Below are positions 46,601 to 59,002 of a stretch of DNA of 64,000 bases, one piece after another. Under the pieces are notes generated by a model. That model was not told the origin of the DNA. It ran no database searches and saw nothing but the letters and a program-made list of their open reading frames with translations. Each line of letters starts with the position of its first letter. Position 1 is the first letter of the stretch. A program made the position numbers and the translations under genes. Origin of the DNA: Azolla caroliniana (lineage: Eukaryota > Plantae > Polypodiophyta); the NCBI GenBank assembly GCA_043228905.1, contig JBHGNT010000012.1:17546001-17610000 (forward strand). Direction: 5' to 3'.

Positions 46601-48931
46601 GGATCTTATTGTCAAGAATTAACTAAAGCATCTTAGATATCTATGAAATATCTATTTGAAAAAATTTATAGTAGCTCAAAACTTGTAAGGGACTGGATCC
46701 TAGACCACAAATATTCAAGATATAGTTTAATGAAATTAGAAGACATACATATCACATATTGCATAATACACATGATACATTCTATATTGGAAGAATTCTA
46801 AGAGGATGGCAAGATTAATGATGTGGTCCATGAATTTCAAAAATTTCAAAGACCTACTTGGCAAGCAGTTTCCCTTAGAAGTCCATAACATTGTGTAGGT
46901 ACCTCTCTTATGAAATTGATTATTTACCTCATGCACACAAGGGAAAATTCTACAAAGTCTCCCAAATAAAAGGTAAAAAAAGGAACAATGATTAAATGGC
47001 TTGAGATCTTCATCATTCCTTGTCTCTGTGGTACTCAATATGGTGCCAATAGATAATTTTCAATGCGCAAGTCATCATAATAACGTAACATGGCCTAAGC
47101 ATGCCCAAGATTAGGAACAAACCAATATACCTTCTCATTCCTCACTCAGATTACAAAAGCCAATTAAATTTTCAAACATGATAATGAATGTGTATCTTGT
47201 CAATAATTGCAGTTTGGAAATCAACTCAACAGAAATAAGTGATAAAGACCCTATGTTTAGAAATTTAATAAATAAGAGAAGTGGATGATCATCGTTTCTG
47301 TCAAAACAAGAGTCAGAAAGGTTTACACAACACCAAAAAATATTCATCGCCCACATCATTCTAGAAACAAAACATAAGGAGTTATGTGAAAATATAATAT
47401 CCTTAAGAAATCTTACCCATGCGACTAGATTGTGTTCGCCTGATGGTCTGGTTTGGTCAATTGCCTGTCTTCCTGTGATCAACTCCAGCAACACAACCCC
47501 AAAACTGTAAACATCTGATTTCATTGTCAATTGACCTGTCATAGCATATTCAGGAGCACAATAACCATACGTCCCCATCACTCGCGTAGATACGTGTGAT
47601 TTGTCCCCAACTGGCCCGAGTTTTGCCAGCCCAAAATCGGACAGTTTTGGATGAAAACCATCACCGAGGAGTATATTGGAAGATTTCAAGTCCCGGTAAA
47701 TCACTGGTGGCTTTGCAATATCATGCAAATGCTCTAAACCTTTTGCAGCACCAGCAGCAATTTTCATGCGTGTCTTCCAATCCAAGGGTTCTTTACCCGC
47801 AGGAAGGTCTGCATTACGTTTTAAGATATGAGCTACATCGGATGTGCACATTATCAGCAACGAAAACAGCAAAAGCTATATTTTTCCATTGGGCCAGTGT
47901 GAAGAACATATAGTTAGAAATTCACACACAATGGATGTATCTTCATCTCACCATGCAAGTGATCCTCCAAGGATCCCAAAGGCATATACTCATATACAAG
48001 GAGCCGTTGATCACCTTCCGCACAGTATCCTATGAGATTGACAAGATTCTCATGTTGCAAAAGACTAAGCATCAACACCTCCACTAAAAACTCCCGGTTC
48101 CCTTGCAGCCCATTTCTGTTGAGTTTCTTGATTGCAACAACCTGCTAGATATTCATGCAAAGGTGGAGTCATGTTTCTTAATAGAAAAAGACACGGGATT
48201 TTACTCTCTCTTTTTATCTTGGTCAAACCTGTCCATCATCCAAACAGCCTTTGTATACAGATCCGAATCCACCTTCACCAATCAAGCAATCCTCCCTAAA
48301 GTTTTGAGCAGCTGAAGCAAGTTCTTTGAATGTAAACGTACGTGCCCTTATATTCAATCCATGAGGTATCTTGTCTTTAGGCATTTCAGATGGCCGTGGC
48401 CCAGATTCTGAAGAATCATTTGTTCTTTCCAGTGGAGCCACTGATTTTGTATGATCTGAAACATATGCCCCATTCGATTCATCTACATAAGCAAGTAGAT
48501 CTAGTCATTCTTTCAAGAAGATGAATTCGTTTTCAAACCAAATTTAGTTACTCTCTGTTCATGCCTAGCCACTATTTCTGTGTTATCTAGCCATAGCATT
48601 CATTTATATGCAAGTGGATGTCAGACGTTTATATAACCAGGTGAATTCCGGCATATGCATTCAAAAAGAGCGCTACTTTCAAACAACAAAAAGTTATGCA
48701 TAGATAAGAATTAGAAGCAGATAATTTTTCTATTTCCAAACATAATTTATATGCTTAGATGAGTGGCAGAAGCAAGAGACAGAACTGGAGATTAAGAGAG
48801 CCACCTGGTTGAACCTTGCCGATGAGTGAAGGTTTGACAGCTTGACGATGGCGTGATTCATGTTCTTTGTCCTCCTCCTTCTTTTTCTTGTTTTTGTCTT
48901 CCCAACAGCCATAACAAGTGAAGCAACCCAT
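43603..48931 (-). CDS. PBS1/PBL27-like receptor-like cytoplasmic kinase (RLCK VII), ~467 aa; exons 48805-48931, 48229-48455, 47952-48141, 47417-47808, 43603-44070
   Basis: All four introns are GT-AG and phases join in frame. MGCF acylation motif, [70 protein letters not shown]-terminal [17 protein letters not shown]. An alternative in-frame acceptor for exon 2 lies at 48482. Confidence 0.95.
45039..45434. repeat. ~203-bp tandem duplication in kinase intron 4
   Basis: 45039-45233 and 45242-45434 are nearly identical. Confidence 0.93.
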
Positions 48932-49278
48932 GGAAAGGAAGCTCACTGGGGACCAAAACAACGAAGCAGGGAAAAAGCAACAAATTTCACAATTCTTGAT
49001 CTTCGCTAGCTAAGCAGAAGAAGCTGGTTGTGATCAGAACTTAGATGTTATTTTTTTTGGGGGGGGGGGGTGGGGAAACAATGATGGGGGAAGCATTGAG
49101 AATGGCGGGGGGACAGCGATGATTCGCATTTTCTCTCACAGATTATGGGGTTGTGAGATGTGATGTGATGAATGTGAGGAAGGAAGCAGTGGAAGGGGGC
49201 AAAGAAAACGATGAGGATGATGGTGGTGATGGTGATTACAGACGACAGGGGCGACTGAGATTAGGTCAAGAAAGCCAA

Positions 49279-49612
49279 GATGAAGATGAAGATGAAGATG
49301 ATGAGGATGAAGGTGAAGATGAAGATGAAGATGAAGATGAAGATGAAGATGATGAGAAACAGGGGGAGGGGGGCAACAGATTATGATCTGAGGAGGAAGG
49401 AGGAAGAGAATGGAACAGAGAAAGACTCAGAAAAGCAGAAAATCAGAGACAGGGGAAGGGGAAGGGGGGAAGGGATTTGCTCTTTTTTTTCTGTTTTGGG
49501 TCTGTTCTTGTGTTTTGATGGTTGCGTGTTGTTGTGGGAGAGAGAGAGAGAGAGAGAGAGCTGTTTGAAGAAGAAAGAAAGAAAGAAAGAAGAAGAAGAA
49601 GAAGAAGAAGAA
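49279..49612. repeat. (GATGAA)n, (GA)n and (GAA)n tracts in the kinase 5' leader region
   Basis: Directly visible; pyrimidine-rich on the transcribed strand, typical of plant 5' UTRs. Confidence 0.85.
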
Positions 49613-49682
49613 ACAGGGGGGGAGTCAGTCAGTGCTTACCAATAGTAGTAGTAGTAGTTAGTAGTAAGTATGTACTACGTAC

Positions 49683-50438
49683 TAACAATCGACAACGGTT
49701 CGGTTTGAACCGAACCGCGCACCCACGGCTTAACAGTTTAAAGTTGAACCATAGTATGAACCATACGTGCATTCTCATCGAGAATGTTTCAGAACCATTC
49801 GCGTAAGAAAAACACTCTCAAAGAAGGATAAATACCATACTTTTGGATTAACTATTTATTATGAGGTAAATAAGCCTAAAAAATGGAAAATAAATAAATA
49901 AATAGAAGAATGTTTGAATAACATTCGCATTCGTTTTCCAACGTAGGAAAACGAATGTTATGCTAAACGAACATGAATTTTACGTACGATGGAACTTTAA
50001 ACTTTTCGGTTCGGTTCGGGGTTTTTTTTTTAACGGTTCGATTCGATTTCGGTTCGGTTTCAACAGTTCGAAACCGTAGTTTAAACGGTTTAACGGTTTT
50101 TTTTTTTTTTTTAATTTAAGAAAAATTGTTTTTAAACAATCTTTTCATTTTCATGCCTTATTCTCACATTTTAGGAAAATCTTTAAAATTTTGAAAATTT
50201 AAATAATGAAATATTTTAATATTTTAAAATTTTAAATTTTGACCTAAAGCTGAAAACCGAAACCGAACCACGAAACCACGGTTTTACCGGTTTAATGGCT
50301 TAACGGTTTGAACTTTTTTTAATGGTTCGGTTTAACAGTTTCGTGGTCCGATTCCGTTCAATTTAGGTTTCTAAAATTTTAAACGGTTCGGTTTTGACCC
50401 TCTTGAATCAAACCGAACCGAATCGTTGCCAATTGTTA
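49683..50438. mobile_element. non-autonomous hAT-type DNA transposon (MITE), 756 bp
   Basis: Imperfect TIRs TAACAATCGACAACGGTTCGGTT / AACCGAATCGTTGCCAATTGTTA; many internal AACCG/CGGTT motifs; degenerate 8-bp TSD CTACGTAC (49675-49682) / CTAAGTAT (50439-50446). Confidence 0.8.
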
Positions 50439-50569
50439 CTAAGTATTAAGTAGTAGTATTAAAGGTAATAAGACCATTCTAGCAATAAAGAAGAACAAGA
50501 AGAGCAAGAGGAGAGAGAGGTAGAGGAAGAGGAATGCTTTCTCTCTCTCTCTCTCTCTCTCTCCCTCTC

Positions 50570-53500
50570 TTAGATTTTGAAGGTATCTGATATACTTTTC
50601 TTAGTAGAAACACATCATAGTCCAAATCGAGGACTCCCATGAGTTGAAGGCTTTCATTGGGAGTCTGTTTTTAGACAAACCTCATATTGACACACTACTA
50701 GAGGATCTGGAGGTATTGCAATATTGTTTTGGAGAGAGATATATAATAGGATAGGAATACTAAGGACAAACCCAGAAACCCATTTTATGTGGGTGAAAGT
50801 CCTCACTAGCAAGGATCGGGCAATATTTATTGTCATTTGTTACTTTCCCCCCTAAAGGATCCCGTTATAATATGGCTTGAGAAGTGAGTTTAGTTGGTGA
50901 AGGAGCGCCAGATGGGCCTTCTCCATACAAACCTTTATCAGATGACATAATCCAATATTCTTCTCAAGGGGAAGTCTTCCTCGTAGGAGATTTCATTGCG
51001 AGAACCCAATCCCGACAATGCACAATATTTTAGATGGATAAAAACCTAGAAATGGTGGATTTCAACCCTTTAGCCATATGCATCACATGTAGATCAAAAG
51101 ACCAAGGTATGGGTGCCAAAAACTTTGGCCATCATCTGCTCGAACTTGGAAGTCGACACCAGATGATCATATATAATGGTTTAGCCAAGTGGCTAGGCTC
51201 TGAAGAGCTTACATGTTTCCCACATGGAGGAGGGAGGGGATAACACAGTTGATTATCTAATAGGACACCCTAAAGCTACCCACATGATTAACTCCTTCTG
51301 GGTGGCCCCATTCCCTATTGGTGCAGACCATATCTTCCTATACTCTGAGCTAAAATATGACATCTCTAACGACACCAACTCTAGTAAACCAAACCATCAC
51401 ACCACAATACATTTCACACATGAGCTCTCTGACATCTACTCCCGACATATTCAAACCCATCTCTCCTCTCTTGATTCTTCCCCACCTTTAGAGAACCTTA
51501 CTATAGAACTCATACACATCCTTCACTCCGCAACAATTAGAAGTTTCCCATACACAAAACACTCCAATCAAAGTAGAATAGGTTTTATGCCACAAAATAG
51601 ATGGTGTGATGAGGATTGTTGAGAATTGTATAGACAACTTAAAGTATCGCAACTTAATGGTACTATTTCCTTAGTACAGGCTCGCAAAGAGATGCGGAAG
51701 ATGACAGGTCGTAAAAGACGAGCGTGGGAAACATCTCAATATTGGGAACTCTACCACATGCTCAATACTAGGGATTGCGCCCTTGCATGGAAGAGACTAC
51801 GGGAACCAAGACCACAAACACCCATCGAGGAGACTGAGGATTGTTGAGAATTGTATAGACAACTTAAAGTATCGCAACTTAATGGTACTATTTCCTCAAT
51901 ACAGGCTCACAAAGAGATGCGGAAGATGACATGTCGTAAAAGACGAGCGTGGGAAACATCTCAATATTGGGAACTCTACCACATGCTCATGACTAGGGAT
52001 TGCGCCCTTGCATGGAAGAGACTACGGGAACCAAGACCACAAACACCCATCGAGGATCCCAACACTTGGCACAAATATACATCGAGATCTATGCTTTATA
52101 TGAGCAAGTCTCCGGGTGCGTAAGATACCCAGGTGGGCTATCCGATTGCTTCACTAGCACCATTGGTGTAAAACAAGGTTGCCACCTATCACTGACTCTT
52201 TTTGGGATCTACATTGATGAGATCACTTATTTTATTGCATGATGTAAGGGAGGCAACGGAGTAGTCATTGGGAGTACGCAAGTTAGTCTCTTACTCTATG
52301 CAAACAACATAGGCTTGCTCTTGGAGTCTGAACATGACCTACAAAAGCACCTTAAATGCCTTAGATGACTTTTGCACACAACGAGGATTGGTAGTAAATC
52401 TAGGGAAAACTAATTTGTCATTATCTTTCACACATCTGCTCGAGTTAGGACTAAATGTCACCTAATCCTCGCTCATAGACAAGTTGAGGTAGTTGGATCA
52501 TATGTATATCTTGGAGTCACTTTCAGTGCTCGCTCGGGTAAATTTTTGATGATATAGGCAACCAAAGATAGGGTAACAAGAGGATATGCACCCCTCTCAC
52601 TCTTAGAGAGGCAATGCCACTAGACATACTTTCAAGAGCCACAAACTAAGGGATGGCTCTTCGACTCATTAGTGACCCCTTCCCTCATGTATGCATTAGT
52701 AATTTGGGCTCCAGGTCTACCATCTTTCATGTGGACACAATTAGAGAGACCATTGGTGATGATGTTATCACGTCAACTCCGAAACAAATCAATAGTACCA
52801 CATGACATTATTAGACCATGGGGACACTTTTCACAACCTCTAGGGTCACGAAGGTGATAAAGAAATTACAACATAGGAAGTCCATGGACAACACATGATT
52901 GTGAGCAGAACACATCATATATGCGTGAGAGTGCCTAGCTCCCTTTCTAACTCTAATCTTCAATCATGAGGGTTTTCCACCACGATAGACTATGACCACA
53001 GTGGCCCCCATACATAAAGGAGGGGACCCCATGGACCCAAATATATATAGGACCATCATGATAGGTCATACACTCGCTAAATTGTGTGGTGTAGTAATGG
53101 ATGTTGAGCTTAGCGATTATATGGAGACCTTAAATCTTCAAGAACTTGAAGATGCTGGCTTTACATGAGCCTTCTCTACTATTGTTCATATATTCACACT
53201 TAGATGCTTAATTGACCAGACAAAGGCTCGCAAGAAGAAACTATATTGTTGTTTTGTGGATTTCTGCAAAGCCTTTGACACAGTCCCTAGAGAGTGGTTG
53301 TTTGATAGGCTTAAAAGCTTTAAGATACCAGATGACATGATTTGGGCCATCTACGCACTATATGAGCAAGTCTCCGGGTGCGTACGATGTCCAAGTGGCC
53401 TATCCAATTGCTTCACTAGCACTATTGGTGTAAAGCAAGGCTGCCTCCTATCACCGACTCTTTTTGGGATCTACATTGATGAGATTACATATTTTATTGC

Positions 53501-55326
53501 TTGTATGGGAGGCAATGGAGTAGTCCTTGGGGGTATGCAGGTTCGTATCTTGCTCTATGCGGACAACATAGGTTTGCTCTCTAAGTTTGAACACGACCTA
53601 CAAAGGCACCTTAATGCCTTAGATGACTTTTACACACAGTGAGAGTTGGTAGTGAACCTAGGGAAAACTAAAGTCCTCATCTTCCACACATCGGCTCAAG
53701 TTAGAACTAAGTGTCACCTAACCATCTCCCATAGCCTAGTTGAGGTAGTTGGATCATATGTATATCTGAAGTCACTTTTAGTGCTCGCTTAGGTAAATTT
53801 TCGATGACACAAGCAACAAAGGATAGACTTACAAGAGGACATACATCCCTCTCACTCTTAGAGAGACAATGCCATCAAGCATACTTTCAAGAACCACAAA
53901 CTAAGGTGTGGCTCTTCAACTCATTAGTGACCCCCTCCTTCATGTATGCATCAGTGGTTTGGACTCCAAGGCTACCATCTTTCATGTGGACGTAATTAGA
54001 GAGACCATTGGTGATGATGTTATCATGCCAACTCCGAAGCAAATCGACAGTACCATATGACATTATTAGAGTTGAGTTCACTTGACCCCTGATGTCAGTA
54101 GAAGCATTGTTTCAACTTTTAGTCTTTATTCATAGGATACATAGCCAACCACATGATAGGATATCTCGCCAAGCTTTTAAGGCATCTCGATCCCTCTATG
54201 AGACCGGAGATACTAGCTCTTGCTATAGCATTGTAATGAGTTGGCTGCTTGCCAACGGCCTAGAAATTAATAACCTACCTCCCCTTAAGTACTACCACGA
54301 GACTGATAAAACTTTAATCTCACATGAGAACTGTAATAAAATAATATGCCAAGAAAAATGACAAATTTACACTTGATATAAATGAATCACCCCAAGAGGG
54401 CCACTCTCATCTAAAATGTTGTGCTATAAGTAACACTTCATGCACTTCTCTAAGTTAGGTTTTATTACACAACCAACATATCTAGATACATTCTTATCAA
54501 ATGCACTAAGGGTTGTCATTCGACAACTTAGGATATCATCTCACCAACTTGAGATTGAGAATGGTCGTACTAATAGAGTCCATAGAGAGGAAAGGATATA
54601 CAGATTATGTCACATATAGATAGAGGATGAGTGTCACTTTATATGCAAGTGTCCAACTTACGCTGAGATAAGGGCGAAATACCAAAACATACTAGGACCC
54701 TCTCCAAACTATTAGATACCTCAGATATAAAGAAACTAGGTAGGTATATCTTAGAGCTAAAACAACATAGAGAGAATAAGCTACACTGTTAACCATAACC
54801 ATTCTAATATTCACCAACATGTAAGTAATGAAACTTTTAGGAACAGGGGGAGATGATGAATGTGGACACAACTACACCACCCGGCCTCTCCCTTGCTGAA
54901 GCAGAAAAGCAAAGAACAACGAAACACGCTCGGATGTCGGGCTTTAAAGCAACTCGACTTGGAGTGGAATAATTAAGAAGATAAGGGGACATGAGCTACG
55001 CCACCTAGAAGCTATGGTTGGGGTATCTTTTACATTGGAACCATGGGCCACATCCACATTGAAACCCTTTGACCTCCCTCTTCTTTTCAAGAGACTTGGA
55101 TGGAAATGAAACTAGGCTTAGTATAAAGTCATTTCCTCTGTAGAATATGTTTACACCATAATATGTTTTTGTATAATACTAGAACTCTTGAGCTTAAGTT
55201 CTATTTTATTTTATTTTATTTTTACTTCCGATGAATGGTTAAATACCCATTTTGTTGTAAACCAATTGTCTCATGGGCCAATTCTGGTCTTAGAAGACGT
55301 TAATATATCTTTTTCTTTTTCTTTCT
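50570..55326 (+). mobile_element. degenerate, rearranged RTE-X/RTE-like LINE (APE, RT, C-terminal CCHC)
   Basis: APE motifs (FLVETH, RGSGGIA, CYFPP, GDF.AR, TVDYLI); RT (FVDFCKAFDTV, GVKQGCLLSPTLFGIYI, LLYADN); LRISSHQLEIENGR...EDECHFICKCPTY; TTTC-type tail; internal duplications. Confidence 0.85.
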
Positions 55327-55433
55327 CAATGGGCCTAATGGCTAGAACTATTTAATGGGCCCAAGCTAGGTGCAGAGTTCAAATATCTGACAACGTGGCA
55401 CATATTAAGATTTTGGTCTTAGAAGACGTTAAT

Positions 55434-55491
<58 letters not shown>

Positions 55492-56749
55492 GAAGGGCTT
55501 GCTTCTTGTATCCCGATCAAGACATGACTTCGATTTAATCGTTTTGTGAGGTTGATAGCTCAGGCATGCATCGCTTTCATAACCTCTTTGTCCCCTGAAT
55601 CTCATTCTTTATTATGCACTTCCTACATCTTATCCATATGTGTCTTTGATCCAACTGTTTGTATCTCATTCTTAGGTGGTTAACGCCTTCCTATGCAACC
55701 TCAACCTTTCGACGACTTGTGAGCTTCTCATTTGCCCTCTCGTGAGGGGACTCGCTTCTAGGAGTGAGTGATAACCTTCACGTGCAACTTTGCATTTCAT
55801 GTTGTGATCATGCCACCATTCACCCAACTCCCCCTTCCCTCTTGATGGATATGCAAGCACATGGGTTAGGGTTATAATACACGAAATGTTGGTACCATAG
55901 ATTTAATTACTTTGTGGTGATCCTCAAATCCTTCTTCTTAGTACAAAAGATTTGATGATGGCAATTAAAAGGTATGATACGATTGTATGTATAGTTTTTG
56001 AATGAGACATGACAATGTTGTTGTGATTTGCACCTAGCATTAGTTGATGGCGGTATTGTCAAGTGTGGTGGGAGATCAAACAACGGAGATAATGGGATAT
56101 ATTGACGACGCTCTAAGAGGCCAAAACACGATACGACAAAATCTACTGGAAGAGGAAGTTTTACCAACATCGAACAATGGAGTAAACTATAGTGATAAAC
56201 CACATCAACACCCTCATCACTTTATATTCACTACAACCAAAGGCAGATGAACCTGTTTAAATTCATGTGCATAACCAAAACCTATCTCATGACTAGTTAT
56301 GGTTATGTATGTAACACAATGTTAGATGAGAACGAAGAGAGAATAATAACAATGTATTGAATGATGTAACAATTATTATTAATGCCTTATCTTAGGACCT
56401 TTCTTGTAATCAATCCGTCAATTGACTTATTTTAAGGTAACACAACCTTTGACTTGTATATAACATACTCAGAACCTAGCCTCAATGGTTCATAAATTAT
56501 TTGGGTAACTATTTGAACAAGTGGTTAGTTGATACAACCAATTCAACTTAAACCAGTTTGTGCCATCAATGCGTTGCAAGTGAATTTTTTAGGTTTGCTT
56601 TGCATTGAGAAAAGCCCTCCCCATGATATCTAGCATTTTATAACTTAAACCATGAACCAAGAGAGCTAATAGCTTTCAACCGATTACTACGTTAAAAACA
56701 CATTCAAAAGAGTGTGAGAAAAAAATAAGATTCAAAGTGGGACAATAGT

Positions 56750-57900
56750 CATAATTCAAACTACTCGACCATGTCAATATCCCCAATCTAGGTTCTTATG
56801 ATCATTGTAGATAATGATCTGGTGAGGAGAACCTTCTAGGAGGTGGTGTGAATCCTCAAAAGAATCTATGAAGGCCAATAACTCATTGTCATGAATCTAG
56901 TAATTGATTTTCACGACTTCATCCCCCCTTAATGGAAACTAATTGGATGCAATTGTTTTTGGTTTGTGACACGACACTTCCAAGTGCAAAATTAAATGTA
57001 TCAACTTAAGCATAAAAGGCTTGCTTGGGTTAACGTGGACCAAATAGAGGCATATATAAATGCACACTTTAAGCTTTTAAATGCATTGGCTCCACATGAA
57101 ATATATGGTTGGTTCTTTTGTGAATGTTTGGTGATTAGTAAAACCATCTTTGAGTAATTATTGATGAATTTGTCGTAAAACTTTGCAAACCCATGATGCA
57201 TTGGAGAACGTGTATGGATCATAGTGTTTACTTATCTAGAGCCACCTTTAGTGGATTCACAAAGATACCTTCATGTGGAGAAGACTATGTATCCTAAGAA
57301 ATCCACTTGATTTTAATCAAATTTGCACTTCTTGATCAATTTGACATAGAGACCATATTCTTGTAATCATCGTAGAACTTGGCAAACATGCAAATCATAT
57401 TCCTCTCCAAGTCTTGGAAAAGATTATCTACATAAACAATGTTGAATATGTCAAAGAATTCCTAAAAAATAAAATTGGCAAATGTTGAAAAACCATCAAT
57501 GCAATCGTGAGACCGAAATGCTTCCACAAATCTCATGTACACATATGAACAATATTATAATTACATTGACGGTCTAATTTTTTGAAGTATTTGGTTCCAC
57601 TTAGGCTCTTCAAAAGAGTTGATGTCAAATGGTGAAGGAACCCATCTTTCTTCGTAACAAAGAAGATTGGTGTGCTAGCAAGAGATTTAGAATGTTGAGG
57701 TAATCCACTTGCCAATTTCTCATCAATATATTTTTGAGGAACAATGAGTTGTAATGGTGAAAGATTATGGATTGGTCCCCACCACAAATCTTTCCATGGT
57801 TGAAGATCGATAGGTCAATTGTAAGGTCAATGTTTAGGGGGTATATTATCCATGTCCTTATCAAATACATATATAAATTCTTGATACTTCATTGGAAGCA
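56750..57900 (-). mobile_element. degenerate Ty3/Gypsy RT-RNase H relic
   Basis: GPIHNLSP...KYIDEKLASG...SKS..STPIFFVTKKDG and GFAKFYDKFINNYSK (RT motifs) with many disruptions. Confidence 0.75.
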
Positions 57901-58059
57901 AGGATTCGGGGTTCGAGGTCATAATTGAGAACCACATCAAATAAAAAAAGACTAGAGTTTGAATTGGAATGTTTCATTAATACTAAAGCAAAAGTTTATA
58001 CTTGGAATTTATCGAAGCATGTCTTTTGGCATACAAGGTGGTGATATCTCATAATATTA

Positions 58060-58990
58060 CATGTATGGTTTAAACTTAATATGATATAATATATCTTAAT
58101 AGTTAAGGTAATAAGTATTCTTCTAAAAAGTCATGCGTTTAAATCTTTACCATGATTACACCATTTTGTAAACATGAAGAAAGGGAGAGGACGATTGTTG
58201 TTGGATGAAGGCTAATCGTTGTCTTTCGACTCCATCGGTTCTGCCCATGAGGCCATCGTATTGGCTCTTTAGTGTGGCTACAACTTCACTCCATATCTCA
58301 TGGCAGTAACATCGTTTGATGTACAGTTTGAATGGAGAAGACTTGCCTACACTGTTGTTTCCAGAGAATCCAAAGTGTTCTTTAGTGTGGCTACAACTTC
58401 ACTCCATATCTCATGGCAGTAACATCGTCTGATGTACAGTTTGAATGGAGAAGACTTGCCTACACTGTTGTTTCCAGAGAATCCAAAGTGTTCTTTAGTG
58501 TGGCTACAACTTCACTCCATATCTCATGGCAGTAACATCGTCTGATGTACAGTTTGAATGGAGAAGACTGGCCTACACTGTTGTTTCCAGAGAATCTAAA
58601 GTGTTCTTTAGTGTGGCTACAACTTCACTCCATATCTCATGGCAGTAACATCGTCTGATGTACAGTTTGAATAGAGAAGACTCGCCTACACTGTTGTTTC
58701 CAGAGAATCCAAAGTGTTCTTTAGTGTGGCTACAACTTCACTCCATATCTCATGGCAGTAACATCGTCTGATGTACAGTTTGAATAGAGAAGACTCGCCT
58801 ACACTGTTGTTTCTAGAGAATCCAAAGTGTTCTTGGGCTGACCAATTCCAACACAACTTGAGCTTTGGCATTAATAGGAGTTGAGTGGATATTGTCGGTG
58901 GTGGAAAACAATATCTCTTGTGCCTTTATCACCAACGTCATCCCCTCCTCCTGATGTTTATATTTGTCAACTGAGGTCTGCCATGATAAC
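58060..58990 (-). mobile_element. L1-type LINE 3' fragment containing an amplified tandem array
   Basis: Minus strand EIWSEVVATLKSQYDGLMGRTDGVERQRLAFIQQ is homologous to 10340-10445. Boundaries are approximate. Confidence 0.6.
58266..58833. repeat. tandem array, 113-bp unit x5, near-identical
   Basis: AGTGTGGCTACAAC at 58271, 58384, 58497, 58610, 58723. Confidence 0.97.
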
Positions 58991-59002
58991 CAACATACAT
59001 TA

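Noticed and set aside
47135-47872. 245-aa stand-alone kinase ORF
   Set aside because: It is exon 4 of the spliced kinase with intron read-through on both sides.
49153-49806. Acidic DE- and MK-repeat ORFs
   Set aside because: Translations of (GATGAA)n/(GAA)n in the kinase leader, on the opposite strand.
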